A stretch of 64,000 nucleotides of DNA from an uncultured delta proteobacterium (GCA_963712115.1 CAVQGX010000020.1:160001-224000); one strand, 5' to 3'; positions 1 to 10,371 are shown, numbered from the stretch's first letter. The notes: generated from the sequence alone by a model not told the origin. Numbers and translations are program-made.

Positions 1-203
1 GATTGATCCTCCAGGGTCAAGAGCACCTGGTCACCAGGTCGCGCCTGAACAACGTTGAGGGCTTCAACCTCCATCTCTTTACCGCCGCCCAGAACTTGGC
101 AGGCACCATGGGAACTGCAGCTCTCGCACATTTCGGAGCGCCTAGTAACCACCCAAGCTTTACTGCCCATTGTTCTCTTGACCATGCCCTCTTCGGTCAT
201 CAT
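1..203 (-). CDS. rseC: RseC/MucC-family protein (SoxR-reducing system; Rnf-associated), truncated by window edge
   Basis: Manual translation: MMTEEGMVKRTMGSKAWVVTRRSEMCESCSSHGACQVLGGGKEMEVEALNVVQARPGDQVLL, with the CxxCxxxxxC and A-x-x-G-D-x-V pattern of RseC. ATG overlaps the upstream stop (ATGA). Not in the ORF track. Confidence 0.8.
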   Translation of the reverse strand, partial: MMTEEGMVKRTMGSKAWVVTRRSEMCESCSSHGACQVLGGGKEMEVEALNVVQARPGDQVLLTLEDQ

Positions 204-1090
204 GGGCGAATCTCCCAAAAATAATGAGAGGGATCAAATATCAGGGGCGATAAGCTCGAGTCGAGAACTTCCGCTCCTATCACCTCGCCGACGAACAAGG
301 AGTGGTCACCAACCGCTACCGTCTTCACCAGTTGGCAATCAATATAAGCAAAAACACCTGACAAGAGAGGGTTACCCGCGGGTGTTCGCTGAGGGACAAC
401 CCCTTCAAATTTGTCCATTTCCCGTCCTGTGGTTAAAGCGAATCGGGAGGCGACATCTACCTGGCCGGAGGCCAGAACGTTCAGGGCAAACTGACCACTA
501 TTGGTGATCATTTCATGGCATTTTCTCAGGGGTGAAATGGCAACCATCACCATCACGGGGTTATAAGATAGCTGGGTGACCCAGGGTGTGGTCACGCCAT
601 TGATCTGGCCTTTGTCTTCAACTGTTACGATATAGACGCCATTACTTATGGACCTGAAGAGGATATCTTGCGTCTCTACTTCTGCCTTGTCAGGGTAACG
701 AACTAGCTCTATATGGGTTTCCTGACCCAAAACCTCGGACACCTTGCTTTCAATTTCGCTTCGGTCAATGGGTTTCAGACAGTAAGCATTCGCACCTAGC
801 CGCATAGCTTCCTCAACGGTAGCGTGCGTTGGGTAACCTGTAAGCATTATGACTTTTATGGAGGGTCGGATCTCCTTTAGTCTGCTCAAGACCTGAACGC
901 CATCCATCTTTTTCAGTTTTATGTCCAGGATTGCGAGGTCGACCGGATGTTTATTAACATGATCAATGGCCTCATCTTCATCCGTGTAACCAACGACCTC
1001 GTGCCCCCTTTTCTCCAATACTCTGCGGACGGCGTTTACCGCTTCCAGGACATCGTCCAGAACCAGAATTCGAGCCATGATGTTCTCCAT
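200..1090 (-). CDS. Response-regulator receiver domain fused to a flavin reductase-like domain
   Basis: N-terminal ILVLDD...DLAILDIKL...MLTG...KP receiver; C-terminal GVYIVT...WVTQLSYNP...FALNVL...GDHSLFVGEV flavin reductase motifs. Confidence 0.85.
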   Translation of the reverse strand: MENIMARILVLDDVLEAVNAVRRVLEKRGHEVVGYTDEDEAIDHVNKHPVDLAILDIKLKKMDGVQVLSRLKEIRPSIKVIMLTGYPTHATVEEAMRLGANAYCLKPIDRSEIESKVSEVLGQETHIELVRYPDKAEVETQDILFRSISNGVYIVTVEDKGQINGVTTPWVTQLSYNPVMVMVAISPLRKCHEMITNSGQFALNVLASGQVDVASRFALTTGREMDKFEGVVPQRTPAGNPLLSGVFAYIDCQLVKTVAVGDHSLFVGEVIGAEVLDSSLSPLIFDPSHYFWEIRP

Positions 1091-1116
1091 TCTCTTTCAA
1101 ATACACAGGGGTTTGC

Positions 1117-3177
1117 TTAATGATACCTGCCCCGTGCATAGCAGATCAATCCACAATTGAGACACCTGAGAGCCTCCTGCTTGGCCATTTCCTCAGTGAG
1201 GCCCCGCTCGATTTCAAGGCTGGGATCGAAATGTTCCTCAGGAGGTCGTTTGGGCATCTGTTGTCTAGGCCCAACAGGTAGCAGCTCCTGCACCTGATCT
1301 ACATCCAGAACCTCTGTTTGGCTGGTGATCACATGCACTGGCGGGGCGACGTCTTTGCCAATGAGGAACATTTGGGTTGAGGCGGCCGCCCTCCGACCTG
1401 CACCAATAGCTTCTACTACTGCTCGGTAGTCGCTTATGGGGTCACTGGTGGCAAAGATTCCCTCAGGTCTCACGGTTGAAGGTAGATGATAGGGAGAAAT
1501 GGTTTGCCACAACAAGGGAGTTCCCTCTCCCTCCAGAGCTGGTACTTTGACAAAGATCATTTCCGGTAAGCGTCCGGAGGCAGCGATAACCGTATCGGCC
1601 GAAATCGCCATCTCAGCAAATCGTCTACGGCCAGCAGTGGAGGAAGCGAGTTGGCTAAATACCAGTTGAGTTAGTTGGTCATCTACTCCTTTAAACTGGG
1701 TCAGGGTAGCATTGAAATAGACCTCTGTTTCCTCATGGCCAATTTTAGTTAAGTCAGAGTCGGAGAGGGCCAGCTCCCCCTTGGAACGGCTATAAACGAT
1801 GGTTACTTGTTCTGCCCCTGCTTGGCGGCATCTTCTGGCAGCGTCCAAGGCCATTTCCCCACCGCCGACAATCACAACTCGTCGGCCCACAGGGACGTCC
1901 ATTCCTTGTGCCCAGGCCAGCGAGACTGGGAGAAGCAGATAAAGGCCGGGAACGGCCTGATCCAGGGCAGGTTCTGGCCCGCGCATTAGGGTAGCATCCC
2001 AGCCGCCTGTAGCCAAAACCACAGCCTCATAGCCCTCCTGAAGCAGAGATGCCACGGTGAAGTCCTTGCCGAGGGCTTTTGCAGTTTGGGCCTCCACTCC
2101 CAATTCCAAGATACCCTCTATATCCCAATCCAGAACGTCTTTGGGCAGTCGTGATTCGGCAATCACCGTACGGAGCAAACCGCCCAGTTTGGGCATGGCC
2201 TCAAATATGGTGGGAGAATGACCTAGCCGGGCGAGGAAACAGGCTGCGGTCAAGCCTTCAGCACCGCCACCTACAACAGCGAGGCGACGGCCAGTCTCAG
2301 GAGCTTTGAAAAGTTGCAGCCGCTGACCGCTTTCTCTTTCATAGTCGGCCACAAATCGTTTCAGATAATTGATGGCCACCGGCTCGTCCGTGAGATTGCG
2401 GCGGCATTCGAACTCACAAGGATGGGGGCAAATCCTTCCGCAGACAAGGGGCAGCGGGTTTCTTTCTTTGATCACCCGCACAGCTTCCAGATAATTCCCC
2501 AAGGCCGTTTGCTGGATCTGTTCGGGAATGTTGATCCCGGCCGGACAAGTTCTCTGACAGGGGGCGGTGCATTCATCGGTGGTGTACTCGCCAAGAATGC
2601 GGTTTGTCACCGAAGTGAGATTAATTATTCCCTTGGGACAGGTACGGACGCAGGTACCGCAGCCGGTGCAAATGTCTTCGTGGACAACCGGTAGGCCGTC
2701 TTTTCCCATGGAGAGGGCGCCAAAAGGGCAGGCCTTGGCACACGAGCCCAGGCCAATACAGCCTATGGGACATTGTTTGGATCCCCCGTCCAGCAGCATG
2801 GCAGCGCGGCAGTCGCTGACACCGTCGTAGATATACTTGATATCGGCCTTTTCAACACTGTATCGGCAACCTATCTGAGCGATTTCTGGCTCCTTTAGTT
2901 CCACTTTAACACCGAGGATCTCAGCAACCTTCTGGTGAATTTCCACGCCTCCTCCCACACAGGAGTTTGGAGCCAGTTGACCTACTACAATGGCTTGGGC
3001 CGCTGCACTGCAACCGGGGAGTCCACAGCCGCCACAATTGGCTCCTGGAAGGGCCTCTTCAACCTCTATGATCTGTGGATCCACGTACACATAAAAAACC
3101 TTGGAGGCCACAGCTAGTCCAACACCAGCCAACAAACCCAGACCCCCTATGGCCAAACCCGCAGCGAGCATACTCAC
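1117..3177 (-). CDS. rnfB: RnfB fused to a GltD/DPD-like FAD/NAD(P)-dependent oxidoreductase
   Basis: N-terminal TM helix, LPGANCGGCGLPGC, ferredoxin CxxCxxCxxxCP motifs; then APCQRTCPAG, CGRICPHPCE, two Rossmann motifs and C-terminal EALRCLNCG. Confidence 0.9.
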   Translation of the reverse strand: MSMLAAGLAIGGLGLLAGVGLAVASKVFYVYVDPQIIEVEEALPGANCGGCGLPGCSAAAQAIVVGQLAPNSCVGGGVEIHQKVAEILGVKVELKEPEIAQIGCRYSVEKADIKYIYDGVSDCRAAMLLDGGSKQCPIGCIGLGSCAKACPFGALSMGKDGLPVVHEDICTGCGTCVRTCPKGIINLTSVTNRILGEYTTDECTAPCQRTCPAGINIPEQIQQTALGNYLEAVRVIKERNPLPLVCGRICPHPCEFECRRNLTDEPVAINYLKRFVADYERESGQRLQLFKAPETGRRLAVVGGGAEGLTAACFLARLGHSPTIFEAMPKLGGLLRTVIAESRLPKDVLDWDIEGILELGVEAQTAKALGKDFTVASLLQEGYEAVVLATGGWDATLMRGPEPALDQAVPGLYLLLPVSLAWAQGMDVPVGRRVVIVGGGEMALDAARRCRQAGAEQVTIVYSRSKGELALSDSDLTKIGHEETEVYFNATLTQFKGVDDQLTQLVFSQLASSTAGRRRFAEMAISADTVIAASGRLPEMIFVKVPALEGEGTPLLWQTISPYHLPSTVRPEGIFATSDPISDYRAVVEAIGAGRRAAASTQMFLIGKDVAPPVHVITSQTEVLDVDQVQELLPVGPRQQMPKRPPEEHFDPSLEIERGLTEEMAKQEALRCLNCGLICYARGRYH

Positions 3178-3287
3178 ATCTCCTTAATCAAGTATAGTAA
3201 GGTGTTAATATTGCAATGTCTTTGTCGCTCTAATCTCTTTTTATTGCCCAATATTCCACCCACCCACGATTCCATCATTCCAGCTTC

Positions 3288-3866
3288 CTAATCAACTAAC
3301 CCTGAGAAACCCAAAAACGCCAGGGCAAGGAGGCCAACCGTTATCATGGCAATGGGCATTCCCGCGAAGGGGCCGGGAATTCTGGCCGTGGGAAATCTTT
3401 CCCTTATACTGGCGAGCAATACCATGGCCAACGAAAAGCCCACCGCCGAGGCAAAGGAGAAGACTACCGTCTGCATGAAGTCAAATTCTTCCTGAATATT
3501 GATGATAGCTATACCCAATACTGCGCAGTTGGTGGTAATCAGGGGCAGAAATATGCCCAAGGCTCGGTAGAGTCCTGGGATGGATTTTTGCAGAAACATC
3601 TCCACCAGCTGGACCAGTGAAGCGATGACCAGGATAAAGGCGATGGTTCGCAGATATTCCAAACCGAGTGGGTTGAGAATTGCGTACTGCACCACCCAGG
3701 TGATCATTCCAGCAAGGGTCACCACAAAAATAACCGCCATTCCCATGCCAACAGCAGTATCCATCTTTTGGGAGACACCCAGAAAAGGACAATTTCCCAA
3801 ATAACGGGCCAGGATAATATTGCTGACCAAAATGGCACTCACGATTAAAAGAAGATAGTCACCCAT
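3288..3866 (-). CDS. rnfA: Rnf complex subunit A
   Basis: LGNCPFLGVS and LGIFLPLITTNCAVLG motifs; hydrophobic; operon position. Confidence 0.95.
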   Translation of the reverse strand: MGDYLLLIVSAILVSNIILARYLGNCPFLGVSQKMDTAVGMGMAVIFVVTLAGMITWVVQYAILNPLGLEYLRTIAFILVIASLVQLVEMFLQKSIPGLYRALGIFLPLITTNCAVLGIAIINIQEEFDFMQTVVFSFASAVGFSLAMVLLASIRERFPTARIPGPFAGMPIAMITVGLLALAFLGFSGLVD

Positions 3867-3947
3867 GATAAAGATTCCTTTCTTCCGTGATTGGCTCTTC
3901 AGTTACAGGCCTGTAAAGTAGCCGCCAGCCTACAAGGCTTTCGAAGA

Positions 3948-4075
3948 AAATCCTAAATCCGAATATCTAAATCTTAAACAAATTCAAATTTCAAATTTCC
4001 AATGTTCAAAACGAAAATTATTTATGTAATTAGATTCTTTCCGTTTGGGTAATTTGAATTTTGGATTTCGAATTT
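3948..4075. repeat. Short-period AAATYY/RRATTT inverted-repeat array between rnfE and rnfA
   Basis: aaatcctaaatccgaatatctaaatc...ttcaaaacg and a complementary arm cgtttgggtaatttgaattttggatttcgaattt. Confidence 0.7.
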
Positions 4076-4153
4076 AAAGCCCCTATCTCACCGGATGCCA
4101 GATTATGCCTTAAAACAAAGTGTTCCGTAGCTACCTATCTGCTGTTGCAAACG

Positions 4154-4753
4154 CTAGTGTGCTGGTCTTTTGCGGCTGATGATGTTCATCAGACCGAGGA
4201 GGAGTCCTAAACACACGAAGGCGCCCGGTGCCTTGACTATAAAACTGAGAGGTTCAAAGCTGGACCACATGACGCTGGCGCCAAAGAGAGTACCGTTGCC
4301 CAAAATCTCCCTTATACTTCCCAGAACAGTGAGAGAGATGGTGAAGCCCAGCCCGATCCCCAGGCCATCCGCCAGCGAGTAAATGATAGAGTTTTTGGAG
4401 GCGAAGGCCTCGGCTCGGCCTAAAATAATGCAGTTGACCACTATCAAGGGAATAAAAATTCCCAGAATTTTAAAGAGGGGATAGAAATAGGCCTGCATTA
4501 AAAGTTCTACGATGACCACAAAGGAGGCTATCACCACAATGTAGGAAGCGATTCTTACCTTACTAGGGATGACCTTTCTCAGTATCGAGACGAGAACGTT
4601 GGAGAAAACCAAAACAAAGGTCGTGGCCAATCCCATTCCCACACCGTTTTCGGCAGCGGTGGTAACTGCCAAGGTTGGGCAGAGGCCCAAGACAAGTCTG
4701 AACGGCGGGAGTTCCTTCCAGAATCCCTTGGTAAACTCTTTGACCACACTCAT
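4154..4753 (-). CDS. rnfE: Rnf complex subunit E
   Basis: LGLCPTLAVT, LGIFIPLIVVNCIILGRAEAFA, REILGNG motifs. Confidence 0.95.
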   Translation of the reverse strand: MSVVKEFTKGFWKELPPFRLVLGLCPTLAVTTAAENGVGMGLATTFVLVFSNVLVSILRKVIPSKVRIASYIVVIASFVVIVELLMQAYFYPLFKILGIFIPLIVVNCIILGRAEAFASKNSIIYSLADGLGIGLGFTISLTVLGSIREILGNGTLFGASVMWSSFEPLSFIVKAPGAFVCLGLLLGLMNIISRKRPAH

Positions 4754-5334
4754 GGCTTAAATGCCTCCTCTTTAATCTTAGGAAACTCCTTCAGCGCTTC
4801 GGTAACGGCAGTAACAACGCCCACGGTGGAGAAAGTTGCACCGCTGAGAGCGTCGACCTTGCCTCCTTCCGCCGAAAGCTTGGTTGTATCAAGATCCAGA
4901 CCGGCAAACTGGTCGGTGAATGACGGTTCTACAATTCTGGCACCCAGTCCGGGAGTCTCGGTATGGGTCATAATACTGATGCCGGTGAGCTTGCCGTCCG
5001 GACCCACTCCCACCATTACCTCTATAAGGTCGTGATATCCTTTGGCAGCAGCACTAAAGGCTACTGCCTGGGTTTTTCCGCCTTTTTTTGCAGGAAAAAC
5101 CACTTTTTCTAAGGGGTTGCCTTCCCCATCTTCCCCCAGCACCACCTTGATCCGTTCCTTGATTGGATCGTTGTCGAAGTCGCTCAGAACCGCCTTCATG
5201 GAAGGCTCTTGCACGAACTTGATGTACTGATACTCTCGGGGTGCCTTGGTGGCCTCGTTGACATAGGACAAGACCACACCCGAGGTGGTGCATATAACCA
5301 ATAAAACCACGACCATTTTTATTAGATCACGCAA
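4750..5334 (-). CDS. rnfG: Rnf complex subunit G
   Basis: N-terminal TM, HTETPGLG and VDALSGATFST (covalent FMN motif). Confidence 0.95.
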   Translation of the reverse strand: MRDLIKMVVVLLVICTTSGVVLSYVNEATKAPREYQYIKFVQEPSMKAVLSDFDNDPIKERIKVVLGEDGEGNPLEKVVFPAKKGGKTQAVAFSAAAKGYHDLIEVMVGVGPDGKLTGISIMTHTETPGLGARIVEPSFTDQFAGLDLDTTKLSAEGGKVDALSGATFSTVGVVTAVTEALKEFPKIKEEAFKP

Positions 5335-6324
5335 CTTCTTTTACCCTCCCATAGACTCGTGGCCGCACCCGATCCAGAAGCGGGGTAGCGGCATTCATTA
5401 GCAAGATGGCAAAAGCCACTCCGTCTATGAATCCTCCCCAGTAACGGATGATCATGGTAATCAATCCGCAACCTGCACCGAAAATGATCATGCCAGGTCC
5501 AGTTACCGGCACGGTTCCTTTATCGGTGGCCAGGAAGAAGGCGCCGATAAAAATCCAACCACTCAGAAGATATATGGTGGGGTTAGCATAGGTCCCGGGG
5601 TCGATGAGCCAGAAGATGAGGCCGAAGAGCCAAGCAGAGGCGAGAAAGCTTACAGGGATATGCCAGGTGATGATACGTTTTACGAAAGAAGATAGATGCC
5701 TCCGATTAATATGGCCACTACCGAGACCGTACCAATGGTTCCGGGTACGTTCCCGATGAACAGATCCAGCCATGGCAAGTCCATCAGAGCGTCGACTCCA
5801 TCCGACCTGATAACCTCTAGGGGTGGATATTCGATGTACCCTCCCGGGGCCAAGCCGAAAAGGGGCTCAGGCATTATCCAAGTCAGCATCTTACTCGGGA
5901 ATGAGACTCTAACTACAGCCCATCCCACCAGCACTGCATTGAAGGGATTGTTTCCTAGACCACCATAGATCTCTCTGCCCAGGATCACGGCCATGGCGGT
6001 TCCCAGCGCAGCTACCCACCAGGGTAATTCCGAGGTGCAGATCAGAGCGAAGAGGAGTCCTAGCAGTAGGGCGCTTCCGTTTTTGACGGCCAGTTTGCGC
6101 CCCATCAAACCCTGCATTCCGGCCTCACAGGCCACCGCGGTGGCCATGCATATGAGGGCCAATTTCAAGGCGGGGAATCCGAAGAAATATATGCCAGCCA
6201 GGAGTGCGGGTACCAGAGCTATCAGGGTGTGGTACATGATAGAGGAGGTAGTGATCTTCTGTTGGATGTGCGGGGCTACTGAAACACGAAGCATTGGCTC
6301 TTTTACTGAAATTCCTTTATCCAT
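5327..6324 (-). CDS. rnfD: Rnf complex subunit D (split by a 1-nt deletion near 5685, probably assembly error)
   Basis: ORFs 5680..6324 (APHI, GGLGNNPFN) and 5327..5773 (GAFFLATD, FAILLMNAATPLLD) join if one T is added to a T run: GGIYLL-FVKRIITW. Confidence 0.9.
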
Positions 6325-6336
6325 GTGGCTGACCTC

Positions 6337-7668
6337 TTATGCTAGGCTGAGCTCGCGTTTTCCATAGCGCATCAGATGCAACATGGGTCTTTTCTCGGGA
6401 CAAACATAAGCACAGATGCCGCATTCAATGCAGTGCAGGAGGTACTTCTCTCTTGCTTCCTCAAACATGGAAAACTCGCAGTACTTCGACAGTTCATTGG
6501 GAAGAAGGCGGGAAGGACAATGGCGGACGCAAAGCCCGCAGTTGATACAGGCGTCTGGAGAAAATCTTTTTGCCTCCGTCGCCGTTTGGAAAATCAGGGC
6601 GTCCGTCTCCTTGGTAATAGGGATATTGGTGTTCATCAGGGCAGCCCCTGTCATGGCGCCACCGGCGATTACCTTCACCGGCTCACCCTTGAGCCCTGCA
6701 AGCTGCTCCATGAGATCTTGCACAACCGTGCCCAGTCTCACCCTGTAGTTCTTTACAGCAGTGATGCCAGCTCCGGACAGGCTCACCACTTTGTCCACTT
6801 GGGGCTTCAGATCCCGGACAGCCTCCACTAAATGCACCAGAGAGACTGCATCAACCACAGCAACTCCGACGTCCTGCTCGCTACCTTGGGGCAAAGGAAT
6901 CTCCCGGCCGGTAACACACTTGATCAAGATGGGATTGAGTCCTATGGGATACTTGTGCCTGCCCCGAAATACCTGAATGCCGAGCCCTGCCAGTTCACCA
7001 TTCACGGATGAATTCTGGGGACCTACTGCGAGAACAACCTTAGCAGAGCCGACAAGCTTTTGTAGAATTTTGATACCGGCAGTAATCTCCGAGCTGTATG
7101 TGTTGAGGACAGCTCCTTTGGCCGCCATTCCAGGCTCAGCGTCGATACCGTTGATTATCAAGGTATCCACCGGTCTGGTTTGGGGGATACCCACCAGAAA
7201 AAGAAACTGCTTTGATGGCTCAGGTTTGGCAAACTTTGCGTGGAGGGGCATGCTCGGCGGGCCAATTTCTACAACGCCGGCAGCCTTCAACCCGGAGAGG
7301 ATTTGCGAGGTTTCCTTGTCCAGGAAGCGCTCATCCGAAGGAATTTCTTCCAGCCAGGAGTCTTGGCCGTCGGATTCGACGATTACTGAGAGCACCTCGT
7401 TGCCTCTCGGGTCAAACCAGGGTCGAATGTCCGCTACCCTCCCAGAAATCGAAGAGTGCACTGGTGCCACGAGAAAATCATCGCTTCGACCGACAAGCTG
7501 TCCCGTCTTGACTTGCTCCCCTACCTCAACAACGGGCTTGCAAGTTCGATTACTCTCTTGGCCCAGGGGAAGAACGACCCTTTTGGGAAGGGGGGTGTCC
7601 TCGATTGCCGGATTACTTACTTTTTGCGGAGGAAGGGAGACACCGCTAAAGGATGTTTTGAGGCCCAT
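6337..7668 (-). CDS. rnfC: Rnf complex subunit C (divergent)
   Basis: VHSSISGRV, SLBB region, CINCGLCVRHCP and CIECGICAYVCP; first gene of the rnfCDGEAB order. Confidence 0.9.
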   Translation of the reverse strand: MGLKTSFSGVSLPPQKVSNPAIEDTPLPKRVVLPLGQESNRTCKPVVEVGEQVKTGQLVGRSDDFLVAPVHSSISGRVADIRPWFDPRGNEVLSVIVESDGQDSWLEEIPSDERFLDKETSQILSGLKAAGVVEIGPPSMPLHAKFAKPEPSKQFLFLVGIPQTRPVDTLIINGIDAEPGMAAKGAVLNTYSSEITAGIKILQKLVGSAKVVLAVGPQNSSVNGELAGLGIQVFRGRHKYPIGLNPILIKCVTGREIPLPQGSEQDVGVAVVDAVSLVHLVEAVRDLKPQVDKVVSLSGAGITAVKNYRVRLGTVVQDLMEQLAGLKGEPVKVIAGGAMTGAALMNTNIPITKETDALIFQTATEAKRFSPDACINCGLCVRHCPSRLLPNELSKYCEFSMFEEAREKYLLHCIECGICAYVCPEKRPMLHLMRYGKRELSLA

Positions 7669-7973
7669 AACTTACCTTCTGCTGTAGATAGTTGGAATTG
7701 CGGAGAAAAACAAGGCTTAGCTCACCACGGAATTTAGAATAGCCGTCTTGTTTTGTGGAAAAAAGCAGTGGCCACAGTTGCCATGGCTTTTCAGGCAAGA
7801 CGTTTAACTTTTGATGGCGATAGAGTACTAAAATTACTGATATTGTGGCTCAAGACCAAGTGAACGCTAAAGGCTCTGGTTCGAGCATCATATATTAACC
7901 ATACGAACATGTTCAGAGTCAAGAACATTTTTTCACGAACTCAAAGGGAGAATTTAAAAACAATATGAACCAC

Positions 7974-8198
7974 GAAGGCATGGGGCATAGGGCATAGGGA
8001 AAAATTCGAAATTGTCCTTCAGACTCCCACCCTTCGGGCGGGTTCCCGGTTTCGCAATCCTAAATATTCTGGTCCTCTACCTCTTACAATAAATGACAGC
8101 GCAGCGTAATGACCTAATGACAGCGACGCGTAGTGACCCGAATCGCCTTGCGCCTTTAGCCATTGACTCTATGCTCTATGCCCTTTGCTCCATGCCCT
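7974..8198. repeat. About 220-bp composite dispersed repeat, copy 1 (copy 2 at 44208-44420; partial copy near 14300-14355)
   Basis: Shares gaaggcatggggcatagggcat, gactcccaccctt and the identical tacctcttacaataaatgacagcgcagcgtaatgacctaatgac with 44208-44420. Confidence 0.85.
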
Positions 8199-8202
8199 TA
8201 TT

Positions 8203-8218
8203 AGGCACGCCTGTTGCA
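8203..8218 (+). promoter_or_regulatory. Sigma-54 (-24/-12) promoter upstream of the kinase-activator pair
   Basis: AGGCAC-GCCTG-TTGCA matches GGCAC-N5-TTGCW. Confidence 0.65.
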
Positions 8219-8305
8219 TGTGATTTGTTGGGATGTGATGGACTTTGCATTGCAATATCTTCTCAATATTTTGTAGAATTTCCAAGACATATTCACCCCC
8301 TCAGA

Positions 8306-8466
8306 ATTCCCTCCCCCTCGACGGGGAGGGTTAGGGTGGGGGTGAGCCGCCGGCCATCTTCCGCCTCCCGCCAGGGGAGGGGAAGAAGGGATCTTTCGAC
8401 TGGGGGAACAAGCCTGACCGCCATCGTCCGCCTAGGGCGGATCAGGCGATGGTCGGCGGTCGAAAA
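8306..8466. repeat. REP-like palindromes plus a nested GC-rich palindrome (8413-8459)
   Basis: ccctccccctcgacggggagggttagggtggggg; cctgaccgccatcgtccgcctagggcggatcaggcgatggtcggcgg interrupting a tttcgact...agtcgaaa hairpin. Confidence 0.7.
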
Positions 8467-8506
8467 ATTTGATTAAAATTCTAGATTATTGGAAATACAA
8501 ATCGCA

Positions 8507-10190
8507 ATGAACCGCTTCCAGATGAGCCTGAGAACCAAGGTGGTCCTGAGCCTCACCTTTCTGATGGCCTCAGCCATGCTATTGATCGGCACGGTCATGC
8601 TCAAGGTGAGTCAGCGTGACCTGGTCCGGGCCAAGGTAGAGCAGGGTTTGGTGCTCAAGACGGCAGTGGAGCGGTTACTCATGACCTCGAGTGACGGCGA
8701 GATTGACCTGGTCAAGAACAGTTCGCTACTGGCAGGTCTCCAAAGCGGAAACTTTGAAAACATGGCCCCGTGGAAGATCACCGTTGCCGACCAGGATGGC
8801 CTGGTGGCTTATTCTGGAGACAATAAAGAAAAGGCAGGTAAACAGCCGTTGGCAAGACTGAAGCGGGTGATACAACTTGGGGTGGAGTCCGTCTCTTTCT
8901 CGCCGACCCCCCAATCCTTTTGGCCGCAGCTGCCTGAAACAGTAATAATTGCTGCCCCCCTTTTCCAAGACCGGAAAGTCATAGGAGCACTCCAATTGGA
9001 GGCAGACTTTGGCCGATGTGCGCCAGAGTCTGGCAGGTTCTCAGAAGCTCCTGTTGTTTTACATAGTGCTGGATATTCTGGTACTTGTAGCTTTCGGTGC
9101 CTATGTCTTTTCCAAACTGGTGGTAAAGCCGGTGCAAAAGCTGGTGCAGACCGCTGAGAGCTTCCAGGAGGGAGATATCATCCCTGACGTAAGTGCAGGA
9201 GAACAAAACGAGTTGGGAAAGCTTTCGCAGGCTCTGAACGCCATGTTGCAGAGGCTGGCGGAAAACAAAGAAGAGCTTCGCCAGCATATTTCCTCTCTGG
9301 AACAGGCTAACCTGGAACTGCAAAGGGCCCAGCAGGAAGTAATATTTAGTGAGAAGCTTGCCTCGGTGGGGCGGTTGGCTGCAGGTATCGCCCACGAGAT
9401 CGGAAACCCCGTGGGTATTGTCCTGGGTTACCTGGAGTTATTGCAAAGGAAAGACATTGACGAAGGTGAGCGCTCGGAGCTTGTTGGCCGCATGAGTAAC
9501 GAGATTCAGCGGGTAAATCAAACCATCAGGCAACTGCTGGATTTTTCCCGGCCGAGCTCCAACGAGAGACAGGCCATCTCTGTCCATCCCCTCATTCAGG
9601 AGACCCTGGAAGTTTTAGACCATCAGCTGAGACAAAAAGATATAAAGGTTGTCCTTGAACTCAAGGCCCAAGCAGATATGGTATTCGCCAATGCTGACCA
9701 ACTAAAGCAAGTATTTCTTAACCTCATGGTGAACGCTGCAGATGCCATGGAGGCTACAAGTGACAGACCACAGGGTGGTGAGCTGCATGTGAGGACCCGG
9801 GCTTTGGCCGAGGAGAGTCTGATTCAGGAAAGATCTGATGCTAAGCCCCTCCGGCGCCGCACGGATCCTGCCACAGCGGATTACAGCCACCTTCGGAGAA
9901 GTGTTGTCACCGCCAGGGAACGCTGGCTCCAAATCCAATTCGCCGATACCGGGGTGGGCATTCCCAAAGAAAACCAGAAAAGAGTTTTTGATCCCTTTTA
10001 TACCACCAAGGAGGTTGGAAAGGGCACGGGTTTGGGTCTTTCGGTAAGCATCCAAATCATTGAGACTTTAGGGGGACGCATGGATCTGTCCAGCAACCCC
10101 GGGGAAGAGACTAGAGTCACTATCCAGCTGCCCCTCTATGATGAGCAGGGAGGAGACAGCGGACAGGAGACAGCGAGGATAGAAAACTAG
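8507..10190 (+). CDS. HAMP-domain sensor histidine kinase (NtrB/PilS-like; extra T near 9008 splits it)
   Basis: TM-periplasmic-TM-HAMP, H-box EKLASVGRLAAGIAHEIGNP, QVFLNLMVNA, DTGVGI, FYTTK..GKGTGLGL; ORFs 8489..9157 and 9009..10190 join at LEADLADVR. Confidence 0.9.
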
Positions 10191-10217
10191 GCAGTAAGCA
10201 CTATGCACCACCCGGCG

Positions 10218-10302
10218 ATGGGGAGAGACGGAGATGGGGCGAGACGGAGATAAGGAAATGATTAAAACTCGTCGTTTCTCCGTGTCCCCGTTTCACCGTG
10301 TC
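10218..10302. repeat. 8-nt-period GAGACGG/CCGTGTC inverted-repeat array
   Basis: gagacggagatggggcgagacggaga...tctccgtgtccccgtttcaccgtgtc; same family at 36977-37062, 39423-39460 and 40666-40687. Confidence 0.7.
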
Positions 10303-10371
10303 GATCCACTCCGGTGTACAGACGGATCAGACTGAGCGGGTTGGCTAAAGAAGCTACTAGGGTATACCAAA

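Noticed and set aside
7919-7939. Rex operator upstream of rnfC
   Set aside because: Only the TTCACGA half-site matches; the left half does not.
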